Notes under the pieces: model-generated
The model's database searches: none
Seen by the model: the letters and a program-made list of their open reading frames with translations, nothing else
Told to the model about the DNA's origin: nothing
Shown: positions 1 through 8,985 of the stretch, piece by piece
Position numbering within the stretch: position 1 is the first letter of the stretch
How the letters are laid out: every line of letters starts with the position of its first letter
NCBI GenBank assembly: GCA_050747525.1
Contig: JBOGOC010000060.1
Location: 69,558-133,557, forward strand
From: Candidatus Polarisedimenticolia bacterium
Lineage (GTDB): Bacteria; Acidobacteriota; Polarisedimenticolia; JACPZX01; DASXTC01
Length of the DNA: 64,000 nucleotides
Direction of reading: 5' to 3'
Made by a program: the position numbers and the translations under genes

Positions 1-359
1 TGGTCGCGCGCGGCAGGCACCAGGATCGCCGAGACGTTGCCCACACCCAGCCAGCTCATCGTGGATCCTTTCGCGTCGAACGACGCGGCCGCCAGGGACA
101 CACCCCGCGTCCCGCGCAAACCCTCATGGCACCGCGTCACGAGCTGCTCAAGGGGTCGTTCCGCGTGCTGCACCAGCAGCGTCGCGCAGCGCCTCGCCGC
201 GGCCGCGGCCTCGGGCCCGTGCCCCAGCCCGTCCACGACGGCCACCAGTGACCCGTCCGCGAAGGACCGGACCACGTGGAGGTCGCCCGATTCCAGTTCC
301 GGCGCCAGGGCCAGCGAGGCCAGGCCCCACTCCAGCATCGCGTTGCCTACCGTTTCCAT
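1..359 (-). CDS. PP2C-family serine phosphatase, RsbX/RsbU-like (partial; continues past window start)
   Basis: Reverse-strand translation from ATG (complement of 357-359) gives METVGNAMLEWGLASLALAPELESGDLHVVRSFADGSLVAVVDGLGHGPEAAAAARRC..., containing the PP2C/SpoIIE DGxGHG metal-binding motif. It lies immediately downstream of, and overlaps the stop of, the RsbT-like gene. Not in ORF track because it lacks a stop inside the window. Confidence 0.55.
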   Translation of the reverse strand, partial: METVGNAMLEWGLASLALAPELESGDLHVVRSFADGSLVAVVDGLGHGPEAAAAARRCATLLVQHAERPLEQLVTRCHEGLRGTRGVSLAAASFDAKGSTMSWLGVGNVSAILVPAARD

Positions 360-748
360 TTTCGTGCCTTCACCGTCGTTCCCTTGCCGACCTCGGAGTG
401 GATCTCCATCTCGTCCATAAGGCGCCGCACTCCGGGCAGTCCGAGCCCGAGGCTGCCGGAGGTCGAGAACCCTCCCTGCATGGCCAGGCCGATGTCCGGT
501 ATGCCCGGTCCCGAGTCGCTCGCCACCACCTGCACCCCCTCCCGGCCGCCGTCATTGAGGAGCGCCAGATGGATCTCGCCGCGGCCCGCATACCGGACGA
601 TGTTGCGGGCCAGCTCCGAGATCGCGGTGGCGATCAGCGCCAGATCAATTGACGAAAAGCCCATCCGGGCGGCCACGGCGCGGCCCCTCTGTCTCGCCGT
701 CACGATGTCCGCGTCGGAGGCTATCGCCACATGTTCTTCATCGCCCAC
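347..748 (-). CDS. rsbT: RsbT-like anti-sigma factor / serine kinase (HATPase_c, GHKL)
   Basis: ORF 347..832 contains ...ADIVTARQRGRAVAARMGFSSIDLALIATAISELARNIVRYAG...SDSGPGIPDIGLAMQGGFSTSGSLGLGLPGVRRLMDEMEI, typical of RsbT/RsbW/SpoIIAB kinases. The 832 Met overlaps RsbS by 95 nt; a GTG at 746-748 (or 728-730) is the more plausible start. Confidence 0.65.
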   Translation of the reverse strand: MGDEEHVAIASDADIVTARQRGRAVAARMGFSSIDLALIATAISELARNIVRYAGRGEIHLALLNDGGREGVQVVASDSGPGIPDIGLAMQGGFSTSGSLGLGLPGVRRLMDEMEIHSEVGKGTTVKARKWKR

Positions 749-1124
749 GGGTCCTGGTCTCTTTCCTCGCTTCAGCGGGTTTCCGGTCGAGGGACGCAAG
801 CCCCTCTTCCAGGTCGAGCGCCGTGCCGACACCCTCCAGGGTCAGACCCAGCTGCACCATGGCGAAGGCGACCTCCGGCTGGACACCGACGATGAGTGTC
901 TCGGCTCCCCGGAGCCGGATCATGTGCGCGATGTCGCGCAACGTGCGTGATGAGAAGGAATCCATCACGTCGAGCGAGGTGACGTCGATGATGACGGCAC
1001 GAGAGCGGAACTTCCCCACCTTCTCCACGAGCGCGTCACGCAGCTCGATCAGATCCGTGTCCTTGAGAGCGGACTGAATCGTGGCGATGAGGTAGGGACC
1101 TTGCTTCAGAATCGGGACTTCCAC
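738..1124 (-). CDS. rsbS: RsbS-like STAS-domain stressosome scaffold / anti-sigma antagonist
   Basis: 128 aa, MEVPILKQGPYLIATIQSALKDTDLIELRDALVEKV...VIIDVTSLDVMDSFSSRTL...: single STAS domain, positioned between RsbR-like and RsbT-like genes. Confidence 0.7.
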   Translation of the reverse strand: MEVPILKQGPYLIATIQSALKDTDLIELRDALVEKVGKFRSRAVIIDVTSLDVMDSFSSRTLRDIAHMIRLRGAETLIVGVQPEVAFAMVQLGLTLEGVGTALDLEEGLASLDRKPAEARKETRTRGR

Positions 1125-1134
1125 GGGTCACCTG

Positions 1135-2091
1135 TCAGTTCGCTTCCACAGGAGTCTCGCCGAAGGGCGCCACCCTGTACCCGAGCAGCCGCTCGGCTTC
1201 CTCGATGCCTCCCTGCAGGTCGCCTACGGTTGTCATCTTGGTGAGATCGACCCCGATGTTCACGAGCGTCTGCGCGATCTCCGGCGAGAGCCCGGTCACG
1301 ATGACCGTGGCGCCCAGCAGACGGGACGCCTCGACCGTCTGCACGAGATGGTTTGCGACGTTGGAGTCCATGGCCGCGACACCGGTGATGTCAATGACGA
1401 CCACCTTGGCGCGGTTCGCGCGGATCCCTCTGAGGAGCTGCTCCGTGAGCTGGCGGGCGCGGTGCGGATCGATCACGCCGATGATCGGCAGGATCAGGAG
1501 CCTGTCCCTCACCTGGAGCACGGGCGTGGACAGCTCCCGGATCGCCTCTTGCTGCTCGCGGATCGTGCGCTCGCGCTCCTGCACGAACCCGACCGCCACC
1601 GTGATCGCGACCCTGTTCGCCGCGGGTTCGTAGGCGTCGAGGATGCGGTTCAGGAGGCTGGTATCACTCTGGTACTTGGCGAACAGCGACCGCGCCAGGA
1701 CGTCGCGCAGCAAGAGCACGATCCCCACCACCTCGTCGGTCTCGACGCCGCGAGGAATGATGCGCTCGGAGAGGTTGCGGGCGTAGGCCTGCAGTGCCTC
1801 GAACGTCCCTGTTTCGAGGGCCTCCACGTAGTTGTCGTAGACGGACGTCGCCTCGGCGAAGATCTCGGCCTCATCCATGGCGGTCAGCAGGCGCGCCTCC
1901 GTGATGCGTCTCGCCCATTCCTCCCTCAGCTCCGTGCGCTTCTGCCTGAGGTGGGACACGAGCTCGCGAAGCAGCTCGGTGGTGCTTTCCATACCGATTT
2001 GCTTGTTCTGGTCTTCTGTGGCCTTCACGTGAGCGTCCTCCGATGCCAGGCGCCGAAATCGGGGCAATCCCTGCGTACTCTCACGAATCAT
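1135..2091 (-). CDS. rsbR: RsbR-like stressosome sensor protein (N-terminal globin-like sensor + C-terminal STAS)
   Basis: 318 aa; C-terminal ...LILPIIGVIDPHRARQLTEQLLRGIRANRAKVVVIDITGVAAMDSNVANHLVQTVEASRLLGATVIVTGLSPEIAQTLVNIGVDL is a STAS domain. N-terminal ~150 aa is an alpha-helical sensor domain. Gene order R-S-T-X is canonical. Confidence 0.7.
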   Translation of the reverse strand: MIRESTQGLPRFRRLASEDAHVKATEDQNKQIGMESTTELLRELVSHLRQKRTELREEWARRITEARLLTAMDEAEIFAEATSVYDNYVEALETGTFEALQAYARNLSERIIPRGVETDEVVGIVLLLRDVLARSLFAKYQSDTSLLNRILDAYEPAANRVAITVAVGFVQERERTIREQQEAIRELSTPVLQVRDRLLILPIIGVIDPHRARQLTEQLLRGIRANRAKVVVIDITGVAAMDSNVANHLVQTVEASRLLGATVIVTGLSPEIAQTLVNIGVDLTKMTTVGDLQGGIEEAERLLGYRVAPFGETPVEAN

Positions 2092-2510
2092 ATACGCGTC
2101 TCCGGGGCCTCAGACCAGGGGGTAGCGGCTGTCAGAGGGGGTGGCGCGGCTGCTTCAGGCAGACTCCGCCACGTGCCGCTTCACGTTGAAAGTGTTGTCC
2201 GGTAAGGGGTTGCCGCATTCCGGGAGGGGAGGCCTCGGCGAGGGCGCCGTTCCCGAGCCTCGGGGATTCCTCCATGCTCCGCTCATGGGACTCCCGAGCC
2301 CCGTGCAGGTGATCACCCGATAGACGGGTGCGGGGCACACCAGGCGCGCTGATGGCAGAGCGTGGCGTCTTCATGGGAGGAATTGCCAACCGTCGGTCAG
2401 GTATTTATCAGGGTCATACCCGGTAAGTCATCCGAGTGTGGTCGCGGTGCGTGCCCAATAGATTGCCGGTGTCCATAGGGCATGTGTTGCTTCTCACGAG
2501 GAGTCACATC

Positions 2511-4523
2511 ATGACATTCAAGACATCGCAGGGTTCTAAGACCAGGAACATCGTGCTCGTGCTGCTGCTTGCCGCGGGCACGGCGATGCTCACGGGTGGC
2601 CAGGAGGGTCTCGCGTCCAGCGACTCCCTCTCGTTACCGCTGCCTCCCGTCCCGCCACTCCCGCTCCCGCTCCCGCTTCCTCTGCCGCCGCTGCCGCCCG
2701 AGCTGAGCCTGGGGCCTCCGGAGATGCCCACGCTCCCGACGCTGCCACAGGTACTGCCCCCGAACGCGCCCCCCACGTCGGGCTCGACCGAGCTGCCGGC
2801 GACGTCGGCGACCCTGGACGCGAAGATCCTGATCATCTCGGCAGACGGATCCGAGCCGGTGCTCGGAGCGATCCGTCAGGCGGCGGACTACCAAGGGGTC
2901 CCCTACACGCTGTACGTCGCGAGCCGCACGCCGGGCGGATTCACGCCGGAGATGTTGTCCGACGGCGATGCTCACGCGTACTACCAGGGCATCCTGCTCA
3001 CCACCGGTAGTCTGGGGTACTTCAACGGAGCAGCCTGGACCAGCGGGTTCAACATGACGGAATGGCAGACACTGTGGGACTACCAGGCGAAATTCCGGGT
3101 CCGCACCGCGATCGGCTACGTGTTCCCGACCGAGGACTACGGCTACGGCCAGGCGACCGGGTTGGACACGTCCGCGAGCCCCATCGCCGCCTCGCTCACC
3201 TCGTCAGGGCGATCCGTGTTCCCCTACGTGAACGCGGTGAACCCGATCACCATCACGAAGGCCTGGACGTACATGGCGCCTGCCACGGGAAACGGCACGA
3301 CCGTCCTTCTGGCCGACCAGCATGACAATGCCCTGGCGCTGGTCCGCGAGTATCCCGACGGCCGCCAGGTGCTGTCGATGACGTTCGATGGAAACTCCTT
3401 CCTGGTCCACAGCCTGACGCTCGGGTACGGTCTCCTGAACTGGGTGACGGGAGGGCTGTTCGTCGGAGAGCGTCACGTCTACATCACCCCGCAGATCGAC
3501 GACATCTTCCTCGACAATGACGTGTACGGAGGAGGAATCTACCGTCTCACGGCGACGGACTGGTCGGCCGTCACCGCATGGGACACGCAGAAGCGACTCA
3601 ACTCCCAGACGGCCGGCCTGCGCCTTCACATGGCCTTCAACGGCGAAGGCACGACGGGCACCTATTTCCCAGACGGGCTCACCCCGGCGGCGCGACTCAC
3701 GCAGGGCCGGTTCCCCTGGATCAATCACACCTACACCCACGAAAACCTCGACACCGCGAGCTACGACCTCGTCTACCAGGAGATCACGCTCAACAACCAG
3801 ATCGCCACTTCGATGGGATTCACGAACTACGATCGCCGCGCGCTCGTCACTCCCGACGTCTCCGGGCTCTCGAACCCGGAGGCGATGAGGGCTGCGTACG
3901 ACGCCGGCGTCCGCTTCGTGGTGTCGGACACCTCCCGTCCCGGGATGGACACGACCCCGCAGGCCGGTATCCCCAACTGGGAGGAGCCCCGCATCCTGAT
4001 GATCCCGAGGCGGCCGGTCAATCTCTACTACAACGTGACCACTCCATCCGAATGGGTGGCCGAGTACAACTCCTTCTATCGGAGCTACTGGGGGCGGGAC
4101 CTCGCTTACAGCGAGATTCTGGACAAGGAGAGCGACGTCCTGCTCCAGTACATGCTGCGGGGCGAGATCGACCCCTGGATGTTCCATCAGGCCAACCTGC
4201 GCGCCTATGACGGCGTGAAAACGTTGCTGGGGGATCTGCTCGATCGGACGTTGCAGAAGTACGGCAGACTTTTCGTCCTGCCCATCCGCAGCCCGGCCCA
4301 GGTCCAGGTCGGTGCATCCATGAAGGATCGCATGCGGTTCAATGCGGCCGGCGTGCGGGCTTCGTTCACTCCCGAGCAGAGGACGATCACCATCACCGCC
4401 TCGCAGTCGGCCGTGGTGCCCGTCACGGGTCTGTGCAAGGGGACGTACGAGGTGTACGGAGGGCAGTGCATCAGTCGCGTCACTCTCGGGCCCGGACAGT
4501 CGCTCACCTACAGCCTGCAGTGA
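2511..4523 (+). CDS. Secreted polysaccharide deacetylase-like protein (PelA/Agd3-like; NodB-type TFDG and H(T)xxH motifs) with Pro-rich linker
   Basis: ATG at 2511 preceded by GAGGAG. Signal peptide MTFKTSQGSKTRNIVLVLLLAAGTAMLTG; LPLPPVPPLPLPLPLPLPPLPP linker; MTFDGN and NHTYTHENLD motifs resemble CE4/CE18 deacetylase motifs 1 and 2. First gene of a pel-like operon. Confidence 0.4.
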   Translation: MTFKTSQGSKTRNIVLVLLLAAGTAMLTGGQEGLASSDSLSLPLPPVPPLPLPLPLPLPPLPPELSLGPPEMPTLPTLPQVLPPNAPPTSGSTELPATSATLDAKILIISADGSEPVLGAIRQAADYQGVPYTLYVASRTPGGFTPEMLSDGDAHAYYQGILLTTGSLGYFNGAAWTSGFNMTEWQTLWDYQAKFRVRTAIGYVFPTEDYGYGQATGLDTSASPIAASLTSSGRSVFPYVNAVNPITITKAWTYMAPATGNGTTVLLADQHDNALALVREYPDGRQVLSMTFDGNSFLVHSLTLGYGLLNWVTGGLFVGERHVYITPQIDDIFLDNDVYGGGIYRLTATDWSAVTAWDTQKRLNSQTAGLRLHMAFNGEGTTGTYFPDGLTPAARLTQGRFPWINHTYTHENLDTASYDLVYQEITLNNQIATSMGFTNYDRRALVTPDVSGLSNPEAMRAAYDAGVRFVVSDTSRPGMDTTPQAGIPNWEEPRILMIPRRPVNLYYNVTTPSEWVAEYNSFYRSYWGRDLAYSEILDKESDVLLQYMLRGEIDPWMFHQANLRAYDGVKTLLGDLLDRTLQKYGRLFVLPIRSPAQVQVGASMKDRMRFNAAGVRASFTPEQRTITITASQSAVVPVTGLCKGTYEVYGGQCISRVTLGPGQSLTYSLQ

Positions 4524-4529
4524 GCTTCC

Positions 4530-5966
4530 ATGAACCCCTTCTCGGCCCGACATGCGGTTCGCAGCGTAGTGGCTGCGGCGGTGCTTGCCCTCGCAGGGAA
4601 TGCAGCAGGTGATCGCGTCTGGGGGCAGGCGCCGCTCAACTCGGTGGCCACACTGGATCAGGCGGCTTCCCTGATTCAGGCGCGGGCGTTCGAGCGCGCC
4701 GCCATCGTGCTGCGAAACCTGCTGTCCGTCGATCCGGACGACCGCAGGGCCATGGAGCTGCTCGCATTCGCTCTCGAGTCGGCGGGCGACCTCGATGGCG
4801 AGCGTGAGGTACGGTCCACCCTGGCCGCGGCATTCCCTGGTGATGCGCGCATCCAGGCCGACTATGGACGGGTCCTGGAGCGTTCGGGGGATGAACGCGG
4901 GGCGCTCACCGCATACCTCCACGCTCGCTCGTTGAGTCCGGACACCCCCGATCGGGAGCTCGACACGGCGATCGATCGGATGAAGGGCCGGAGGGCCGTC
5001 GAGGTCAACACGCCGGTGGTGGTGCTGGCGGATCCTGACGCGACCGCCTCCCGATTGCAGGCGGGCGCCGCGGTGCCGTTCGGGTCCCTCCATCACCTGA
5101 CGGCGCTTGCGGCGCGTTCCGATGCCGAGGCAACGGGCAGCACTGATGCGACAGCGGCCGATTATCTCGCCTTGTCCTGCGTGCTGCGACACCGGTCCGG
5201 AGCGTGGATGAGCGTGGGCCCGAGCCTTCATGTGATCTCGCCACAGGGCGAACCTCGAAAGGACGTCGGCATCGGTGGTGAAATCGCGGGACGATCTCGG
5301 CTCGGTCCCTGGTTCGAGTTCCACGCGAGCGGGCGGATCCAGACACCCTGGGACGAGGCCGCGGTCACGTTGCTCCACGGTGGGAGGACGACGGGCGCCG
5401 AGGGACACGTCTACGCGCACGTGTTCGACCGGCGCCTGCTCCTCATGGCCGGAGCACGCCAGCGGCGGCTCTCGATCCTCGACGCGGATCCCAATTCGAC
5501 GGACCGCCTCGAGGCGTCGCAGTCCCTGCTTGTCGTCGGTGCCGACGTCGTCCTTTGGAGGAAACCCGGGGTTGCGGTCCGCGGCGAGATGCTTGATGAA
5601 GCGCTGGTCGCTCCCAGGGCCCTGTCCTCGGCGGTCACACTGGGCTACCGGCACTACGCAGTGTCCGCCCGGTCGACGCCCGAGTTCGATGCGCTCATCG
5701 CCCTCGAGCCACGCAACGCCGTCGATGAGGCATCGGCCACCGCGGCCATCGCGTCGCCGCGAGGCCGCGTGGGTCTGGAGCTGCGCGGCGGCCTCGCTCG
5801 CGATACCGAGCGCGAGGCCCGGATGTGGAGGGCCGGCGGGTCGCTGATCTGGGCGCCCAGAGCCTCGATCCGGTTCGAGCTGAGCTACGAGGAGGCCTCG
5901 GACACCGTCACCGGAATCGTCGGCCAACGTCACGTGGGATCGTTCAGCTGCCATGTCGACTTTTGA
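4530..5966 (+). CDS. PelB-like TPR + outer-membrane beta-barrel protein (short form)
   Basis: Signal peptide; TPR-like helical N-terminus (AASLIQARAFERAAIVLRNLLSVDPDDRRAMELLAFALESAGDLDG...). C-terminal half has alternating amphipathic strands and ends ...SFSCHVDF (C-terminal Phe, an OMP signature). Sits between pelA-like and pelD-like genes. Confidence 0.4.
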   Translation: MNPFSARHAVRSVVAAAVLALAGNAAGDRVWGQAPLNSVATLDQAASLIQARAFERAAIVLRNLLSVDPDDRRAMELLAFALESAGDLDGEREVRSTLAAAFPGDARIQADYGRVLERSGDERGALTAYLHARSLSPDTPDRELDTAIDRMKGRRAVEVNTPVVVLADPDATASRLQAGAAVPFGSLHHLTALAARSDAEATGSTDATAADYLALSCVLRHRSGAWMSVGPSLHVISPQGEPRKDVGIGGEIAGRSRLGPWFEFHASGRIQTPWDEAAVTLLHGGRTTGAEGHVYAHVFDRRLLLMAGARQRRLSILDADPNSTDRLEASQSLLVVGADVVLWRKPGVAVRGEMLDEALVAPRALSSAVTLGYRHYAVSARSTPEFDALIALEPRNAVDEASATAAIASPRGRVGLELRGGLARDTEREARMWRAGGSLIWAPRASIRFELSYEEASDTVTGIVGQRHVGSFSCHVDF

Positions 5967-6786
5967 GCAGAGACGCGGCATGAGAGTCCTCGAGGCGCTC
6001 GGGCTTGCGTTCGTGTTCGTCTTCCTTCCCGAGCTGCCTTGGGCGCGTTCCGGCCCGGTCCTCGAGCCACATCCGGGCTGGATCGCGGTGCTCGTGCTGT
6101 CCGCACGGTACGGCAGTCATGGATTCCTCGCCGGGATGGCCGCGGCGGCCGCCACCGTCGGGCTCGGCTCGGCAATCGGGGGGGCCGGGCTCGCGGGCTC
6201 GCTGAGCCATCTCGAATCAGGGCCCAACCTGGTGGCGCTCGGCGCCTGCCTGGCCGTCTCCTGGGTCGCCTCGTGCCATACCCATCGGCAGGCCGTTCTC
6301 TGCAAGCAGCTGCAAGTGCTCTCCGACCGTGCCGGCCATGCCGAGTCGATGGTTCAAGCGCTCCAGGGCGTGGTCGAGACGCTCCGATCGCGGGTCGATC
6401 GCACGTCCGCCTCTCTGAGCTTTCTACGCGACGTCGCATCGCGCCTGGAAGGAACGGATCCGGTGGCCGCCGCCGAAGGGGCGGCTGACCTCGCTCTCGT
6501 GCGCAGCGGGGCGTCGGTCGTGGCACTCAAGGTGGGCACCGGTGACTCCGAGCGCCGCCTGGTCGTCCGCGATGCAGGCGGACCCGACTCTTTCATGCCG
6601 GCCGACCTTCGCAGCGCCGAGCTCTGCGTGCCGATTCGCGCCGGCAGCGACCGGGTAGGCGTCATCGAGCTCTGGGGGCTCCCTCGAACCACCCTCGATC
6701 GGGCGACGGCGCACGATCTGGCCGTCATCGCCTCGTGGTGTGGGCCCGTGCTCAGTCATGCTCTGTGGCAGCAGGAGGCTTCATGA
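5953..6786 (+). CDS. PelD-like inner-membrane protein, TM segments + GAF domain only (no GGDEF domain)
   Basis: 277 aa: N-terminal hydrophobic segments (LGLAFVFVFLPELPW..., WIAVLVLSARYGSHGFLAGMAAAAATVGLGSAIGGAGLAG) followed by a GAF-like domain (...VALKVGTGDSERRLVVRDAGG...CVPIRAGSDRVGVIELWGLP...). Overlaps neighbours on both sides (ATGA with next gene). Confidence 0.4.
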   Translation: MSTFEQRRGMRVLEALGLAFVFVFLPELPWARSGPVLEPHPGWIAVLVLSARYGSHGFLAGMAAAAATVGLGSAIGGAGLAGSLSHLESGPNLVALGACLAVSWVASCHTHRQAVLCKQLQVLSDRAGHAESMVQALQGVVETLRSRVDRTSASLSFLRDVASRLEGTDPVAAAEGAADLALVRSGASVVALKVGTGDSERRLVVRDAGGPDSFMPADLRSAELCVPIRAGSDRVGVIELWGLPRTTLDRATAHDLAVIASWCGPVLSHALWQQEAS

Positions 6787-7415
6787 TTGCGGAAGCATTG
6801 CCGCTTCGGGCGGTTGCGAAATCGAACCGAGAAGAGCGCGCGCCCTGGGCGGCAGCCGTCGTCCTGTGCGCCGTGATCGATGCCATGGCGGGTGGGGTGC
6901 TGCTGCTCGACACGGCGCTTCCGCAAGAGCTCGAGCTTATTGCCGCAATGGTCCTGCATGCGATGGCGGCGCTGCTCCTCTCAGCATTGCTGCGCGCGCA
7001 ACCCAGCCGCCGGTGGGTTTGCGTGGCGGCGCTGCTGGCCGTGCCGTGCGTCGGCGCCGTGGTTGCCGTCGCGCTCCTCGGTACCCGGGGACGAGGCACG
7101 GCGAGGATCGGGCTGCGCAGGAAGGCACGCCGCCGGCCAGCGTTCAGGCTCGCCGTAGCGCGACCCATCGGGGACGTTCTATCACCCTGCGACGCTCTCG
7201 ATTGCGACGACGAGGAGCTGCGCCGGGCCGTACTCTCGTCGCTCGCCAGGCGGTCGGACCCCGAGGCGATCACGCTGTTGCGCCGGGCGGCGGGAGGACG
7301 CGATCTCGATCTGGCTCTGTCTTCCGCACTGTCCCTGGATGAGATCGCTGAGCGTGCAGAACGACACCGGGACGATCCGCCCTATCCGGCAAAGATGCGG
7401 CATGCAGCCGGTTGA
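6783..7415 (+). CDS. PelE-like membrane protein with C-terminal helical-repeat (TPR/HEAT-like) region
   Basis: ATG at 6783 overlaps PelD-like stop (ATGA). Two TM helices then DCDDEELRRAVLSSLARRSDPEAITLLRRAAGG... repeats. Position matches pelE. Confidence 0.35.
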   Translation: MIAEALPLRAVAKSNREERAPWAAAVVLCAVIDAMAGGVLLLDTALPQELELIAAMVLHAMAALLLSALLRAQPSRRWVCVAALLAVPCVGAVVAVALLGTRGRGTARIGLRRKARRRPAFRLAVARPIGDVLSPCDALDCDDEELRRAVLSSLARRSDPEAITLLRRAAGGRDLDLALSSALSLDEIAERAERHRDDPPYPAKMRHAAG

Positions 7416-8985
7416 GGCCGATGGCGGTACGGCCGCCGCCGACGTCTGCCTCGTGCTGGAAGGAACCTATCCCTATGTGAGCGGAGGCGTGTCAACGTGG
7501 GTGCACGACCTGATCCGCAGCCTGCCCGATCTTCGCTTCGCGCTGGTGCACATCGGCCCGGAGCGAGGCGCGTGCGCCGAAAAACGCTATCCGCTGCCGG
7601 CCAATGTGACCGGGCTGACCGACCTGTATTGTCGAGACCCGTCCCCACGCGGTCGCGATACGGCCGCTCTTCAACGTCAGGCCGATGCAGAGCGCCGCCG
7701 CCACGCCGACGCGCCTCGTACCTCCCGCGTCCTGGGCGCGATCCGGCGGCTGCACCTCGAGAATGAGGTCGATGAGGCGCTGTTCGACGATCTCGCGAGC
7801 AACGACCTTTCGGTTGGCGCGTTCCTCCACGGACAGACCTCGTTGGACTTGACGATGGACCTGTACGAACGGCTGGCGCCCGGGGCCTCATTCCTCGATT
7901 TCTTCTGGCACTATCGGTCGATGCACATGCCGCTCGTCCGTCTGCTCGCGGCGCAGCCGCCCATCGCGGCCGTCTACCACGCCGTCTGCACCGGTTACGC
8001 GGGAGTCCTGGCAGCTGTGTGGAGCCATCGGACAGGTCGTCCGCTCTTGCTGACCGAACACGGCCTCTACAGCCGAGAGCGAAACCTGGAGCTCAACCGC
8101 GCAGCCTGGTTCCGGGAGCCTGGCGAGGATCGCCCGAGCCGGGCCGAGGAGGCGATCGATGACGCCACCGCCGCCTGCCTGCGCAGGATGTGGATGCATT
8201 TCTTCCGCGCACTGGCGCAGTGTACCTATACTCGCGCATCGGTCATCGTCTCGCTGAGCGATCTCCACAGAAAGAGGCAGATCGTGGACGGGGCTCCTTC
8301 AGGCAAGACCCTCGTGGTCCCCAATGGCATCGACCTCGAAAGGCTGCACACGCGCCTCCGCAGAGCGGCGTCCCCGGGCACGCACCAGCGTCCCGTGAGC
8401 GTCGGGTTCGTGGGAAGAGTGGTGCCGATCAAGGACGTCGTCACGTTCATTCGCGCCTGCTCTCTGGCGTTGAGGGCTGTCGAGCTGGACGTGCGCATCA
8501 TCGGTCCGATCGACGAAGACCCGGCGTACGTCCGTCGGTGCCGGCGCCTGGTGGCGAAGCTCGGTCTCGGGCGGGCGGTTCGCTTCGAAGGGCTGTGGCC
8601 GCCCGAACGCATCTACTCCGAAATCGACGTCCTGGTTCTCACGAGCTTCAGTGAAGGCCAGCCGCTCGTCATTCTGGAATCAAGCGCCGCCGGGATTCCG
8701 GTGGTCGCCACCGACGTCGGCGCCTGTCGGGAGCTTCTCGAAGGACGTGGCGACGTCGATCGGCAGTGTGGGCCGAGCGGCATCGTGACGAGGCTCGCCG
8801 CACCGGAAGAGACCGCTGCGGCAATCGTTCGACTGGCTCGGGACCCCTGGCTTCGCCGCCGGATGGGAGCCGCAGGCCGGCGCCGGGTGGCAACGTTCTA
8901 TCGTGAGAGCTCCACGATTTCGACGTACCGGGCTCTCTATAAAGGCGAATCATGGCCGGCATCGGGTGGCGTCTCGACCGCTTGA
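7402..8985 (+). CDS. pelF: PelF-like GT4 glycosyltransferase
   Basis: N-terminus ...ADVCLVLEGTYPYVSGGVSTWVHDLIRSLPDLRFALVHIG is the characteristic PelF N-terminal signature. C-terminal half is GT4/RfaG-like (...IGPIDEDPAYVRRCRRLVAKLGLGRAVRFEGLWPPERIYSEIDVLVLTSFSEGQPLVILESSAAGIPVVATDVGACRELLEG). Confidence 0.65.
   Translation: MQPVEADGGTAAADVCLVLEGTYPYVSGGVSTWVHDLIRSLPDLRFALVHIGPERGACAEKRYPLPANVTGLTDLYCRDPSPRGRDTAALQRQADAERRRHADAPRTSRVLGAIRRLHLENEVDEALFDDLASNDLSVGAFLHGQTSLDLTMDLYERLAPGASFLDFFWHYRSMHMPLVRLLAAQPPIAAVYHAVCTGYAGVLAAVWSHRTGRPLLLTEHGLYSRERNLELNRAAWFREPGEDRPSRAEEAIDDATAACLRRMWMHFFRALAQCTYTRASVIVSLSDLHRKRQIVDGAPSGKTLVVPNGIDLERLHTRLRRAASPGTHQRPVSVGFVGRVVPIKDVVTFIRACSLALRAVELDVRIIGPIDEDPAYVRRCRRLVAKLGLGRAVRFEGLWPPERIYSEIDVLVLTSFSEGQPLVILESSAAGIPVVATDVGACRELLEGRGDVDRQCGPSGIVTRLAAPEETAAAIVRLARDPWLRRRMGAAGRRRVATFYRESSTISTYRALYKGESWPASGGVSTA

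Noticed and set aside
3204-5981. 925-aa minus-strand ORF
   Set aside because: Runs antisense across the PelA-like and PelB-like genes. Arg/Gly/Pro-rich low-complexity translation typical of high-GC antisense frames; no domains.
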